This document shows, piece after piece, positions 9,483 through 18,754 of a stretch of 64,000 nucleotides of DNA. Every line of letters begins with the position of its first letter. Position 1 is the stretch's first letter. The DNA comes from Oceanispirochaeta sp. (GTDB lineage Bacteria; Spirochaetota; Spirochaetia; DSM-2461). The stretch spans positions 576,001-640,000 of the forward strand of contig CAXXXD010000002.1 in assembly GCA_963663385.2 (NCBI GenBank), written 5' to 3'. Position numbers and translations under genes: made by a program. The notes beneath the pieces are model-generated. The model had not been told where the DNA came from and did not search any database. It was given only the letters and a program-made list of their open reading frames with translations.

Positions 9483-10454
9483 ATGAATAAAAAAGAAAGA
9501 ATTGATGCTGTACTGCAGGGGAATGATGTTGATCACGTCCCGGCGGCATTTTACTACCACTTTCCGGATGAACAGTTCTTCGGTGAAGAAGCGGTTAAAG
9601 CACATCTGGATCTTTACCGGAAAACAGACCCCGATTTTCTGAAGATCATGAATGAAAATAAACTGGAAGCGGAAATAACTATTAAGACAGCTGATGACTG
9701 GAAACATGTAAAACCGATTACGGGAAAGGAAAAGTATATCCAGAATCAGCTCGATATCATAAAAGCCCTGGCTGATGAAGTCGGCCATGAAACCTACTTG
9801 TTTACTACTATTCACGGTGTTTTCGCTTCGGCTTTTCATCTGACACAGGCCGGCGATGAAGATCTGGCTTACAACAACAAGGTTGATCATCACCTGAAAG
9901 AAAAACCGGAAATTGTAGAACGAGCCCTGGAAATCATTGCGGAAAGTCTGGTTCTCCTTACACAGAAGTGCATCGAAGCCGGAGCAGACGGGATCTACTA
10001 TGCAGCTCTTGGAGCGGAATCGTATCGTTTTACAGAAGAGCAATTCAATCGCTGGATAAAACCAAACGATCTTATGATTCTGAATGCAGCAGAGAAAGCG
10101 ACACCCCTCTGCAATATCCTTCATATGTGCAAGGACCAGCTGCAAATGAATCTGTATAAGGATTATCCCGGAGCTATAGCGAACTGGGCTATCTATGAAG
10201 AGAATCTGAGCCTGATGGAAGGGACCAGGCTTTTCAACAGACCGATTCTGGGAGGTCTGGATGATCGAAAGGGGATTCTGATTGAAGGGTCAAAAGAACA
10301 GATCTCCCGGGAAGTTACCCGAATCCTGGATGAATACGGAACAAAGGGGTTTATTCTCGGGGCTGACTGTACCCTCCCTACAGACATTGATCTCGGTCGG
10401 ATCAGAACGGCTATTGAAGCCGCCAGGAATTATAGTAATGTGAAAAATGCATAG
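9483..10454 (+). CDS. Uroporphyrinogen decarboxylase / MtaA-CmuA superfamily protein
   Basis: 'ERIDAVLQG..VDHVP' N-terminus, 'AGADGI', H-x-C 'LHMC', 'GFILGADCTLP'. Confidence 0.85.
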   Translation: MNKKERIDAVLQGNDVDHVPAAFYYHFPDEQFFGEEAVKAHLDLYRKTDPDFLKIMNENKLEAEITIKTADDWKHVKPITGKEKYIQNQLDIIKALADEVGHETYLFTTIHGVFASAFHLTQAGDEDLAYNNKVDHHLKEKPEIVERALEIIAESLVLLTQKCIEAGADGIYYAALGAESYRFTEEQFNRWIKPNDLMILNAAEKATPLCNILHMCKDQLQMNLYKDYPGAIANWAIYEENLSLMEGTRLFNRPILGGLDDRKGILIEGSKEQISREVTRILDEYGTKGFILGADCTLPTDIDLGRIRTAIEAARNYSNVKNA

Positions 10455-10484
10455 TTTTGCATTAAAATAAAACGGAGGAAAATT

Positions 10485-11837
10485 ATGAAAAAAAAACGTA
10501 TTCTGTTTACCGTAATTGCTTGCCTGATGGCGGGGACGTTCGTTTATGCAAACGGAACTCAGGAAGGCGGAACAGGTCAAGGCTACCCCGAAGGAACGAT
10601 GGAGCTGTATGACTATGGACAGCCTCAGTACTGGCTTCAGTTTTTTACCACTTACCTTCAGGAGCATCCGAACGCGGCGCCGGGTGTAACAGTTGAAACT
10701 GTTCAGACGGAAGGGGAAGCCGATGTCCGTCAGAAAGTTCAAATGTCTTTTACTTCCGGAGCTTATGATGAGCTGCCCGATGCTATTGCTTCAGCTCCCG
10801 TAAGTATGCAGGCTCTGGCGAAAGATGGCGTACTTGTGGATGTTACCGATTATCTGGAACCACTAAGGAGCCGGTTTGTGGATGGTACATTTGATCAGAT
10901 TACCTATAAAGGAAGGATCTATGGTCTTCCCAAAAGCCTCCGTCCTCAACTCCTGTTCTATAATAATGATATCTTTGAGGCTTATGGTATTGACCCCTCA
11001 GAAATGGATACGGTGGAAGGATATATCAATGTAGGGAGAAAATTGCGGGACGCCAGCAATGGCTATGTATTCCTTTCCTATGTCGATCCCGGTTCCAGAA
11101 CATGGAGATACTACGGTAGGAGGGGATTCATGCCTCAGGCAGGCGCCAGCATCTGGGATGATGAAGGGAATGTTGTAATCGATAAAGATCCTGGAGCGAA
11201 ATTGGCTTTTTCAACAATCGCTACGTTGTATGAAGAGAACCTGTTAATGAAAACCAGTATTTTTCAGCCGCCTTTATATGAGGCCTGCCGGGACGGGAAG
11301 GTCGCGACTTTCTATATAGGTGCATTCTGGGATGAGTTTCTGCGGAAAAATGTGGAAGATATGACCGGGTCGTGGAGAGTTATGGTTGCACCGATGTACG
11401 CTGATCTTGCGACACGTGGAGCTCCCGTTATTAATATTCAGTGTCTGGTAAATAAACCTGGCACTCCTTACTCCGGTTTATATAAAGAGATATGGGAAAC
11501 TTTCCACTTTAATGGGGATGCCAGGAAAGCCTGGACGGATAGTATGGTTCAGCAGAATGCACCATACCCCAACCCGATTACTCCCGAACTGCTTGCTGAT
11601 TCCTACTGGAAAGAACCTTGTGATTTTTACGGTGGACAGTCTTTCCGGGAAATTGAAGGCTTGGGACTGGTCAATCCCTCCACAAATATGCGTGTAACCA
11701 AAGACGATGCCGAAGCGGATTTGATCATTTCTGCCGAACTGGAGAAATATATTGCCGGAGACCAGACTATGGAACAGGCCATTGCCAATATGGGTAAAAA
11801 TCTCCGTGTAAAAATCGGAAAAACGGAAGCAAAATAG
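10485..11837 (+). CDS. Carbohydrate ABC transporter substrate-binding protein
   Basis: Signal peptide ending 'VYANG', 'YKGRIYGLP....QLLFYNNDIFE' motif, directly upstream of two CUT1 permeases. Confidence 0.88.
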   Translation: MKKKRILFTVIACLMAGTFVYANGTQEGGTGQGYPEGTMELYDYGQPQYWLQFFTTYLQEHPNAAPGVTVETVQTEGEADVRQKVQMSFTSGAYDELPDAIASAPVSMQALAKDGVLVDVTDYLEPLRSRFVDGTFDQITYKGRIYGLPKSLRPQLLFYNNDIFEAYGIDPSEMDTVEGYINVGRKLRDASNGYVFLSYVDPGSRTWRYYGRRGFMPQAGASIWDDEGNVVIDKDPGAKLAFSTIATLYEENLLMKTSIFQPPLYEACRDGKVATFYIGAFWDEFLRKNVEDMTGSWRVMVAPMYADLATRGAPVINIQCLVNKPGTPYSGLYKEIWETFHFNGDARKAWTDSMVQQNAPYPNPITPELLADSYWKEPCDFYGGQSFREIEGLGLVNPSTNMRVTKDDAEADLIISAELEKYIAGDQTMEQAIANMGKNLRVKIGKTEAK

Positions 11838-11897
11838 GATATTAAATACAGGCGCAGAGCATCGGGGAAGGTGCTCTGTGCTTACCGGAGTTAAAAA

Positions 11898-12800
11898 ATG
11901 AAACAGAAATCAACGAACCAATTGATTTGTTCGATTATAAAATATAAAAACTGCTATTTTTTTATTGCCCCTTTTTTTCTGCTGTTTGTCGTTTTTCAGC
12001 TGTTTCCGATTATCTGGTCGTTTCTGCTGAGCTTTAAAGAATGGAACGGACTTGGTACTGCGGAATTTGTCGGTTTTAAAAATTATACCAATCTCTTTAT
12101 CGATGAAATGTTTCTGGACGCACTAAAAAACACACTGATTTACTGGGTATGCAGCCTTGCCCTGGTATTACCCTTTGCTCTGCTCCTATCTTCTCTGCTT
12201 ACTGCAACGGATCTAACGGGAAAGAATCTATATAAAACTATAACCTTTCTTCCCTACATTACTGCGACAGTTGCGGTCGGGCTGATCTTCAGTATTATGT
12301 TCGATTACAATTCCGGCCTGATCAATCAGATTCTCGCCATCTTCGGGATTGAACCCGTTCAATGGCTTATCAGCACCCGGTTATCAAAAATCCCGGTCAT
12401 TCTGTTAAATGTATGGCGCGTTACACCATGGCATACCATGATTTTGATTTCAGGACTGCTGACAATACCTCAGGAACTGTATGAATCGGCCACCATAGAC
12501 GGAGCGAATGCAATTCAGAAGTTTTTTTATATCACTATTCCAGGTTTATCCAATATCCTTTTCTTCTGTTTTATTACGCTTTCGGTAGACACATGGAAGA
12601 TTTTTACCGAGCCCTATATTCTGACAAAAGGAGGACCCGGAACATCGTCCATATCCCTTTTTCAATATTTATATGTAAACGGATTCTCCATTTTCAAGCT
12701 TGGTTATGCATCTGCTATCGGGTATATGCTGACTTTCATCCTTCTGGCTATTTCGGTAGGACAATTTAAAATCATGAAAAATGACTCAATGGAGAAATAA
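11898..12800 (+). CDS. Carbohydrate ABC transporter permease (MalF-like)
   Basis: 'FVGFKNY', EAA loop 'ELYESATIDGA', 'LGYASA'. Confidence 0.93.
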   Translation: MKQKSTNQLICSIIKYKNCYFFIAPFFLLFVVFQLFPIIWSFLLSFKEWNGLGTAEFVGFKNYTNLFIDEMFLDALKNTLIYWVCSLALVLPFALLLSSLLTATDLTGKNLYKTITFLPYITATVAVGLIFSIMFDYNSGLINQILAIFGIEPVQWLISTRLSKIPVILLNVWRVTPWHTMILISGLLTIPQELYESATIDGANAIQKFFYITIPGLSNILFFCFITLSVDTWKIFTEPYILTKGGPGTSSISLFQYLYVNGFSIFKLGYASAIGYMLTFILLAISVGQFKIMKNDSMEK

Positions 12801-12802
12801 CT

Positions 12803-13648
12803 ATGAAAGGGAAATCTATATCTTATAAAAAACGTTCAAACAGCATTGTTCATATTTTACTGATTTTCTGCTCTGTCATAGCGGTATTTCCTGTTTTGTG
12901 GATGTTCCTGACATCCTTTAAACCGATTGATGAGAGTTTCAGTACAATCGGATCAATGTTTACTCAAAACCCCACTCTGCAGAACTTTGTTGGAGTAACA
13001 GCACTGATTCCTCTGGGAAGAAACTTTCTGAACAGTGTTATTGTCAGTCTTTCCGGAACAGTCATTACTGTATTTTTCTGTTCCCTTGCGGGGTTCGCTT
13101 TTGCCAAGTTTCCGTTTCCAGGCAGACGGATCCTGTTCTTCTTCCTTCTGGCGACAATGATGATCCCGCCGGAGGCCGGAGTCATCCCGGTATTTATCAT
13201 TATGCGGAAATTCGGATGGATCAACAGCCTTTGGTCATTAATCGTACCCAGGGCAGCAACTGCGGTAGGTATCTTCTATATGACCCAGTATATTTCGGAT
13301 TTTCCTACAGAAATTATGGAGCAGGCCAGAATTGACGGTTGTACAGATTTCCGGATTTATTGGCAGATCGTTCTTCCGGTAATAACACCGGCCCTTTCGT
13401 CCTGGGCATCGTTGGCCTTGATTGCCAGATGGAATGATTTTTTCTGGCCTTTGATTTTTCTGCGGACCAAAGAGATGTTTACCCTGATGGTATCGATCTC
13501 CCTGCTTCCGGTGAGTGAAGGTTTGTCGACTCCCTGGCCGGTCATTATGGCAGGGACAACTATTGCCGTAATGCCTCTTTTACTGATGTACATAATATTG
13601 ACACGATTTCAGAAAGCCGGAATGGCAGCCGGTGCTGTAAAAGGCTAA
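12803..13648 (+). CDS. Carbohydrate ABC transporter permease (MalG-like)
   Basis: 'AGFAFAKFPFPGR', 'EQARIDG', 'WNDFFWPL', C-terminal 'GAVKG'. Confidence 0.93.
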   Translation: MKGKSISYKKRSNSIVHILLIFCSVIAVFPVLWMFLTSFKPIDESFSTIGSMFTQNPTLQNFVGVTALIPLGRNFLNSVIVSLSGTVITVFFCSLAGFAFAKFPFPGRRILFFFLLATMMIPPEAGVIPVFIIMRKFGWINSLWSLIVPRAATAVGIFYMTQYISDFPTEIMEQARIDGCTDFRIYWQIVLPVITPALSSWASLALIARWNDFFWPLIFLRTKEMFTLMVSISLLPVSEGLSTPWPVIMAGTTIAVMPLLLMYIILTRFQKAGMAAGAVKG

Positions 13649-13681
13649 TACATTATTACCACTTAAAATGGAGATTCTCAT

Positions 13682-14965
13682 ATGAAAGTAAAGAATGCAG
13701 AAATGCTGCAGATTCTAAGGGCGGAGCTAGCTCCGGCAGTTGGCTGTACCGAGCCGGCAGCTGTTGCCCTAACATGCGCTAAAGGAAAAAAATACCTTGA
13801 TTCCGATCTGAAACAGATGGTTGTTAATGTAAGCAGAAACATCTATAAAAACGGCCTTATGGTTGGAATCCCCGGTACCAGTCAAAAAGGCCTTCTTATT
13901 GCTGCCGCTCTGGGTTATGTTTGCGGAAACGCAGAAGCAGAACTTGAGGTTCTGAAGGATGTCTCGGCTGAATGTACGGAGAAAGCAGAAAAACTGATAG
14001 CCTCTTCCGCTGTTTCGATAAAACTTGATGAATCCCGCAATGGTATCTATATCAGGACAGTAATGGAAGATCATGATGGCAATACGGTAGAAATTGTTCT
14101 GGAAGGAAGACATACTTATATTTCAGCTTTGAAGAAGAATGAAGAAGTTCTGCTGAATAATCCCTACCTTGATGAAGACAAGACAGGTGGAGAGAGCGGC
14201 AGCTGTATGTCTATCCAATCCATTTTTCAGTTTTCCCGTGAGTGCGCCGTCGAAGATATTGCTTTTCTGAAAGAATATGCCAATATGAATGTAGAGGCAG
14301 CCAAACACGGTATGACGAAGAACTATGGCTTATCCATTGGACGGCTAATGTATCAGGGGGATTCCGGCCGGCAGACGAGTGTGCTGGATCATCAGACGAT
14401 ACTGGAAGCTTCCTCTCTGACAGCCAGTGCTTCGGACGCCAGAATGGCCGGATGTAACTCTCCCATTATGACCAACTCTGGAAGCGGGAATCAGGGGATA
14501 ACTGCTGCAGTCCCGGTCTGTTTTATCAGCGACCGGATGAAAACCGATCCAGAAATGACTATCAGGGCCCTCTGCCTTAGCAATCTCATTGCCATATATC
14601 TGAAACAGCGTTCCGATAGACTATCGGCATTTTGCGGTACTGTTACTGCTGCAATCGGAGCCGCTTGTGGCGTTGGTTTCCTCTTTGGGGCGGAACTGCA
14701 GTGTATAGAGGACATTATCAACACCGCTTTCAGTGGAATTTCCGGAATGATCTGTGACGGGGCTAAGTCAAGCTGTGCCTTGAAAATTCTGCTCGCGGTG
14801 GAAAATGCGCTTCTTTCTGCTAAATTGGTACTGGAAAATCATCATGTCCCTCATGGTGAAGGTATTGTATGCAAATCAGCGGAAGAAACGATTGATAATA
14901 TCCATACCCTGACTATGCAGGGTATGCGTTCGACAGACGATACGATTATTTCTATTATGAAATAA
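13682..14965 (+). CDS. L-cysteine desulfidase / serine-dehydratase-alpha-like protein (UPF0597, YhaM/CdsB type)
   Basis: 'PAVGCTEPAAVAL', 'NIYKN..VGIPGT', 'SDARMAG', 'NSGSGNQGIT', 'GMICDGAKSSCALK'. Confidence 0.88.
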   Translation: MKVKNAEMLQILRAELAPAVGCTEPAAVALTCAKGKKYLDSDLKQMVVNVSRNIYKNGLMVGIPGTSQKGLLIAAALGYVCGNAEAELEVLKDVSAECTEKAEKLIASSAVSIKLDESRNGIYIRTVMEDHDGNTVEIVLEGRHTYISALKKNEEVLLNNPYLDEDKTGGESGSCMSIQSIFQFSRECAVEDIAFLKEYANMNVEAAKHGMTKNYGLSIGRLMYQGDSGRQTSVLDHQTILEASSLTASASDARMAGCNSPIMTNSGSGNQGITAAVPVCFISDRMKTDPEMTIRALCLSNLIAIYLKQRSDRLSAFCGTVTAAIGAACGVGFLFGAELQCIEDIINTAFSGISGMICDGAKSSCALKILLAVENALLSAKLVLENHHVPHGEGIVCKSAEETIDNIHTLTMQGMRSTDDTIISIMK

Positions 14966-14973
14966 ACAAATAG

Positions 14974-15000
14974 GGCTCCTTGTAAATCAGGGAGCCTTTT
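14974..15000 (+). terminator. Rho-independent terminator
   Basis: GGCTCC...GGAGCC stem followed by TTTT just after the operon stop codon. Confidence 0.65.
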
Positions 15001-15079
15001 CCTTGAAATAATACTTTTCTCTCAAATTGTATTTGAAAGGACCTAATAAAATAGCTGCCGGACATAAATCGAAACACCC

Positions 15080-15108
15080 TTGACCGGACCGTCCTCATTT
15101 TTTATGAT
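15080..15108 (+). promoter_or_regulatory. sigma70 promoter of the riboswitch-glyA transcript
   Basis: TTGACC 15080-15085, 17 bp spacer, TATGAT 15103-15108; the predicted +1 coincides with the riboswitch 5' end. Confidence 0.7.
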
Positions 15109-15114
15109 AATCCT

Positions 15115-15189
15115 GCCCTGTAACTGACGCAGAAGGGGAGGATACCCCGGGGGAGCAGAGCAAATCTATTAAAGCCGCGCGTCTGGGCT
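15115..15189 (+). ncRNA. ZMP/ZTP (pfl) riboswitch aptamer
   Basis: P1 GCCCTG/CAGAGC, J1/2 TAACTGACG, P2 GGGG-aggata-CCCC, GGGGGAG, A-rich linker, P3 GCCGCGCGTCTGGGC. Pseudoknot GACG/CGTC. Located upstream of glyA, a typical target. Confidence 0.88.
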
Positions 15190-15254
15190 GCAACCCGGAT
15201 GCGTCATGTCATATTTAAACTGTCGAAAATCCGGGTATTGCTGGAGGAGTTGCT

Positions 15255-16490
15255 ATGGAAAACCTCAAAAGCCGGGATCCCCTGCTGACAGAAATGATTA
15301 AGGAAGAAGAGAACCGCCAACGGGATAAAATCCGTCTGATCGCATCGGAAAACTATGTTTCCGCTGCGGTGCTGGAAGCGTCCGGAACCGTTTTAACCAA
15401 CAAGTATTCGGAAGGCTACAGCAGCAAGCGCTACTATGAAGGGCAGCAGATGATCGATAAGATCGAAGACCTTGCCACCGAACGGGCCAGAAAACTTTTC
15501 GGCGCCGATCATGCCAATGTGCAGCCCTATTCAGGGTCTCCCGCCAACCTGGCGGTCTACCTGGCTTTTATGAAACCCGGAGAAACCGCCCTTGGAATGG
15601 AGCTCTCCCACGGCGGGCATCTGACCCACGGCAGCCCCGTCAGTTTTTCCGGAAAATATTTTAATATAATCCACTATGGTTTGACCCCCGAGGGGGAGAT
15701 TGATTATGAGGCCATGGAAAAAGCGGCCCGCGAGTACAATCCAAAGATTATTATTGCGGGGCACTCCGCCTTTCCCGGTATCCCCGACTGGGAAAGGTTC
15801 AGAAAGATTGCCGATGAAGTCGGGGCGATTCTCTGGGTGGATATGGCCCACTTTGCCGGCCTGGTGGCCGGAGGCGTTCATCCCTCTCCCGTCCCCTATG
15901 CGGATGTGGTAACAACCACAACCCACAAAAGCCTGCGCGGTCCACGGGGCGGAATGATTCTCTGTAAAGCCGAGCATGCCGCAGCCATTGACAAGGCCGT
16001 CTTCCCCGGCTGTCAGGGGGGGCCTCATAACCATACGACCGCTGCCATTGCGGTTGCTCTGCTGGAAGCGGATACCCCCGAGTTCAGGGAGTATGCCGCC
16101 CGGATTGTTAAAAACGCCTCAGCCCTGGCCGATGCCCTGAGCGGATACGGATTCCAGCTGGTTTCGGGTGGAACGAAAAACCACCTGATGCTGATTGACC
16201 TGCGGAACAAGGGTATTACGGGAAAACAGGCCGCCAAGGCTATGGACCGGGCCGGAATTGTCTGCAACTACAACACAGTGCCCTTCGATGATGCCAAACC
16301 CTTCAACCCCAACGGCCTCCGTCTGGGAACCCCTGCGGTAACATCCCGCGGGATGAAAGAGGAGGAGATGAAGAAGATTGCCTCTTTTATCAACAAGGCA
16401 GTGGAGAACTGGCAGGATGAAGACCTGCTGGATGCCATGGCGGAAGAGGTAAAAACCTTCTGTGCCGCCTTTGTCCCCCCCGGACTCTAA
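15255..16490 (+). CDS. glyA: Serine hydroxymethyltransferase
   Basis: 'LIASENY', 'NKYSEGY..RYYEG', 'GGHLTHG', PLP lysine motif '[14 protein letters not shown]', '[13 protein letters not shown]'. Confidence 0.98.
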   Translation: MENLKSRDPLLTEMIKEEENRQRDKIRLIASENYVSAAVLEASGTVLTNKYSEGYSSKRYYEGQQMIDKIEDLATERARKLFGADHANVQPYSGSPANLAVYLAFMKPGETALGMELSHGGHLTHGSPVSFSGKYFNIIHYGLTPEGEIDYEAMEKAAREYNPKIIIAGHSAFPGIPDWERFRKIADEVGAILWVDMAHFAGLVAGGVHPSPVPYADVVTTTTHKSLRGPRGGMILCKAEHAAAIDKAVFPGCQGGPHNHTTAAIAVALLEADTPEFREYAARIVKNASALADALSGYGFQLVSGGTKNHLMLIDLRNKGITGKQAAKAMDRAGIVCNYNTVPFDDAKPFNPNGLRLGTPAVTSRGMKEEEMKKIASFINKAVENWQDEDLLDAMAEEVKTFCAAFVPPGL

Positions 16491-16515
16491 GCCTCCCTCC
16501 TGAATTCATTCTCTG

Positions 16516-16541
16516 AAACCGCTCTTTCGGGAGCGGTTTTT
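16516..16541 (+). terminator. Rho-independent terminator of glyA
   Basis: AAACCGCTC...GAGCGGTTT stem followed by a T-run. Confidence 0.8.
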
Positions 16542-16542
16542 C

Positions 16543-16579
16543 TTGAAAAAGTATTATACCAAAGTTATACTTAAAGTAT
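16543..16579 (+). promoter_or_regulatory. TA operon promoter with an operator-like palindrome; probably leaderless
   Basis: TTGAAA 16543-16548, 17 bp spacer, TATACT 16566-16571. The ATG is only 6 nt downstream with no SD; palindrome ATACTT-A-AAGTAT at 16567-16579. Confidence 0.65.
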
Positions 16580-16823
16580 GAAAACAGCAATTTCTATCCC
16601 GGATAGCACATTCTATAAAGCAGAAGAAACGGCGGAAAAGCTGGGCCTGCCCCGTAGTCAACTCTATACAAGGGCTCTGGAAGAGTATATGAGCCGCCAT
16701 AGGCGGGAACTTGTAACTGAAAAGCTGAATGAAGTCTACAGAGACCGGCAGGAGAGGGATGTGGCTTTCCTGAACGCCGGGAGGGTGGGACTGAAGAAGT
16801 CGACAGAAGATGATTCGTGGTGA
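16578..16823 (+). CDS. Ribbon-helix-helix antitoxin (ChpI/MazE6-like)
   Basis: 'MKTAISIPD..F..AE..A..LGLPRSQLY..AL' RHH pattern; overlaps the downstream toxin gene. Confidence 0.88.
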   Translation: MKTAISIPDSTFYKAEETAEKLGLPRSQLYTRALEEYMSRHRRELVTEKLNEVYRDRQERDVAFLNAGRVGLKKSTEDDSW

Positions 16824-17151
16824 AATATGGTGGGCGGATCTCGGATTGCCACAGGGCAGTGGACCCGGGTTCCGGAGACCGGTTGTTATTATTCAGGATG
16901 ATGCATTTAACCGCAGTCGGATTTCCACGGTCATCGTTGCATCCATTACATCAAACCTTGCCCTGGCTGAAGCCCCGGGAAATGTCTTTCTGGACGTCCG
17001 GGAGTCCAATCTTCCGAAGGACAGTGTGATTAATGTATCGCAGATTGCTACTCTGGATAAACTCTGTCTGATCGAAAAAGCCGGAGAGCTCCCCCCCGAT
17101 ACCCTGACAGAACTGAATCAGGGGCTGGAGCTGGTATTCGGGCTGCACTGA
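16810..17151 (+). CDS. mazF: PemK/MazF-family mRNA interferase toxin (ChpK-like)
   Basis: 'RGEIWWADL...GSGPGFRRPVVIIQ.D.FN', 'ITSN', 'LPKDSVINVSQI'. Confidence 0.93.
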   Translation: MIRGEIWWADLGLPQGSGPGFRRPVVIIQDDAFNRSRISTVIVASITSNLALAEAPGNVFLDVRESNLPKDSVINVSQIATLDKLCLIEKAGELPPDTLTELNQGLELVFGLH

Positions 17152-17156
17152 GAACG

Positions 17157-17192
17157 GCACCGCGGCAGTTCGAAGGATATCTGCCGCGGTGC
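17157..17192. terminator. GC-rich hairpin between convergent genes
   Basis: GCACCGCGGCAG / CTGCCGCGGTGC perfect 12-bp inverted repeat. Confidence 0.65.
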
Positions 17193-17202
17193 AGGGTAGG
17201 AA

Positions 17203-18564
17203 TCAGGCTATCTTTACGCCCTGTCCGAGCAGTTCTTTCTGCAGGTGAGAAATAGATAGATTTCTGGGCAGGCAGTCCTCTTTTACGGAGAGGGCTGCTG
17301 CCGCACCGGCTCCCTGTCCGGTTACGGTGCAGCACATCATGTTCCGCATGGAGGTGTGGGCAATCACATCTGCCGAAATACAGCGTCCCGCAACCAGCAG
17401 GTTGTCGATCTTTTCCGGAACCAGACAGCCGTAGGGAATCTGATAATAACGTCCCGTCAGCGGGAGGATCAGGTAACCGCTCCCGTCGATAAACTCGGGG
17501 AATATCCCGATACTGTCCTCGCAGCGTCCCTGGTTGAGCACATGATCCTTGGTCACCCGGCTGACTCCGTTTATCTGACGGGATTCTCTGGTCCCCAGGG
17601 TCATGCCGAAGTTTCTCAATCTGGCATTTTCAAAGCCGGGAATGTAGTGACGGAAGGCGTCTATGGCCCACATGGCCTGTTTCCGTCCTTCAATTTCCGC
17701 TCTGGTCAGGTCCCATACATCGGTACAGTCGTAACCGAAGGAATAGATTACATTCAGACCGCAGGCTTCGCCCGCTTTGGTAAAAGTGCTCCAGGTACCG
17801 GCGATGGACTGGGCATCCTCCGGGATTACCCCTTCCTCCTGAGCTTTGGAGAAGACCTCCTCCAGATAGGGACTGAAGAGCTCATCTTCCTTTCCGCTGG
17901 TGATAATGGACCAGTTCTTTCCCCAGTCTCCGTAAGTCGGGTGGAGTTCTTCGTTGACATATCTCTGAAACTTTTCCGCATCAACGCCGGCGCAGTGGAA
18001 CATGACGGTTACGCCCATCAGTTCCTCTTTGTTCCGCTGGGTAAATGATGCGCCTGCCCGCTGAGCTACGTCACCGTCTCCCGTACAGTCAATAACCCGC
18101 CTGGCCAGAATGGCCTGTCGGCCGGATTTGCTTTCCGTAATAACCCCGGTTATCCGGTTTTCTTCCATGACAACATCGGTCATCTGGCAGTGGAGCAGTA
18201 CCTGTACGCCGGATTCCTCCATTATTCTGTCCGCAACGACCTTGAAACCCTCCGTATCTATGACATGGCTTTCCGATTGGGGCTCCTTTCGGGCGATACC
18301 TTCTTTCACGGCCCGCTGTTCGAATTCGCATCCGATTCCCTGGCAGTCTACTGTTCCTTCATGGCGGTACCAGGCAAATGATTCGACACCTACCTGTGTC
18401 ATGTTCCCGCCCAGGCAGCCGTACCTTTCCATCAGCAGGGTATCCGCTCCGGACCGGGCGGAAGCCAGAGCCGCAGCCAGACCGGAAGGTCCGCTGCCGA
18501 CAACCAGAACTTCTGTTTCAGCCATAACGGGTATTTCTCTTCTTTCTTCAATAACTTTTTTCAT
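17203..18564 (-). CDS. FAD-dependent oxidoreductase, IbeA-like (PF12831 type), paralog 1
   Basis: Rossmann motif 'VLVVGSGPSG', 'GVESFAWYRHEGTV', 'EPQSES', 'ITESKSGRQAILA', 'IDCTGDGD', 'DCTDVWDLTRAEIEGRKQAM', 'FPEFIDG', 'RNMMCC'. These match motifs I recall from E. coli IbeA. Confidence 0.9.
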   Translation of the reverse strand: MKKVIEERREIPVMAETEVLVVGSGPSGLAAALASARSGADTLLMERYGCLGGNMTQVGVESFAWYRHEGTVDCQGIGCEFEQRAVKEGIARKEPQSESHVIDTEGFKVVADRIMEESGVQVLLHCQMTDVVMEENRITGVITESKSGRQAILARRVIDCTGDGDVAQRAGASFTQRNKEELMGVTVMFHCAGVDAEKFQRYVNEELHPTYGDWGKNWSIITSGKEDELFSPYLEEVFSKAQEEGVIPEDAQSIAGTWSTFTKAGEACGLNVIYSFGYDCTDVWDLTRAEIEGRKQAMWAIDAFRHYIPGFENARLRNFGMTLGTRESRQINGVSRVTKDHVLNQGRCEDSIGIFPEFIDGSGYLILPLTGRYYQIPYGCLVPEKIDNLLVAGRCISADVIAHTSMRNMMCCTVTGQGAGAAAALSVKEDCLPRNLSISHLQKELLGQGVKIA

Positions 18565-18631
18565 TTTAAAATATATCCTGTATCAAGATAGGCATCTCAA
18601 ATCTACCGATCGGGCCATATCGTAAGTAAGG

Positions 18632-18754
18632 AGCTGTTGCAAAAACCCTGCAACAGCCCGCTCCCCACCTTCCTTCCTTTGGGAGAAGGATTCAGTGGGT
18701 AATATAATTATTTATCACCCTCTGCCTTTGGAAGAGGGGTAAAGGAGCGGTGGG
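18632..18754. repeat. Cluster of intergenic hairpins
   Basis: GCTGTTGCA/TGCAACAGC stem, then two related hairpins with TTTG loops (CCTTCCTTCC-TTTG-GGAGAAGG and CCCTCTGCC-TTTG-GAAGAGGGG). Confidence 0.5.

Noticed and set aside
9372..10145. 257-aa minus-strand ORF
   Set aside because: Antisense shadow of the UroD-like gene with no recognisable motifs
9483..10454. hemE call for the UroD-like genes
   Set aside because: They lack the HemE 'WxMRQAGR' motif, retain putative Zn ligands, and have no hem gene context
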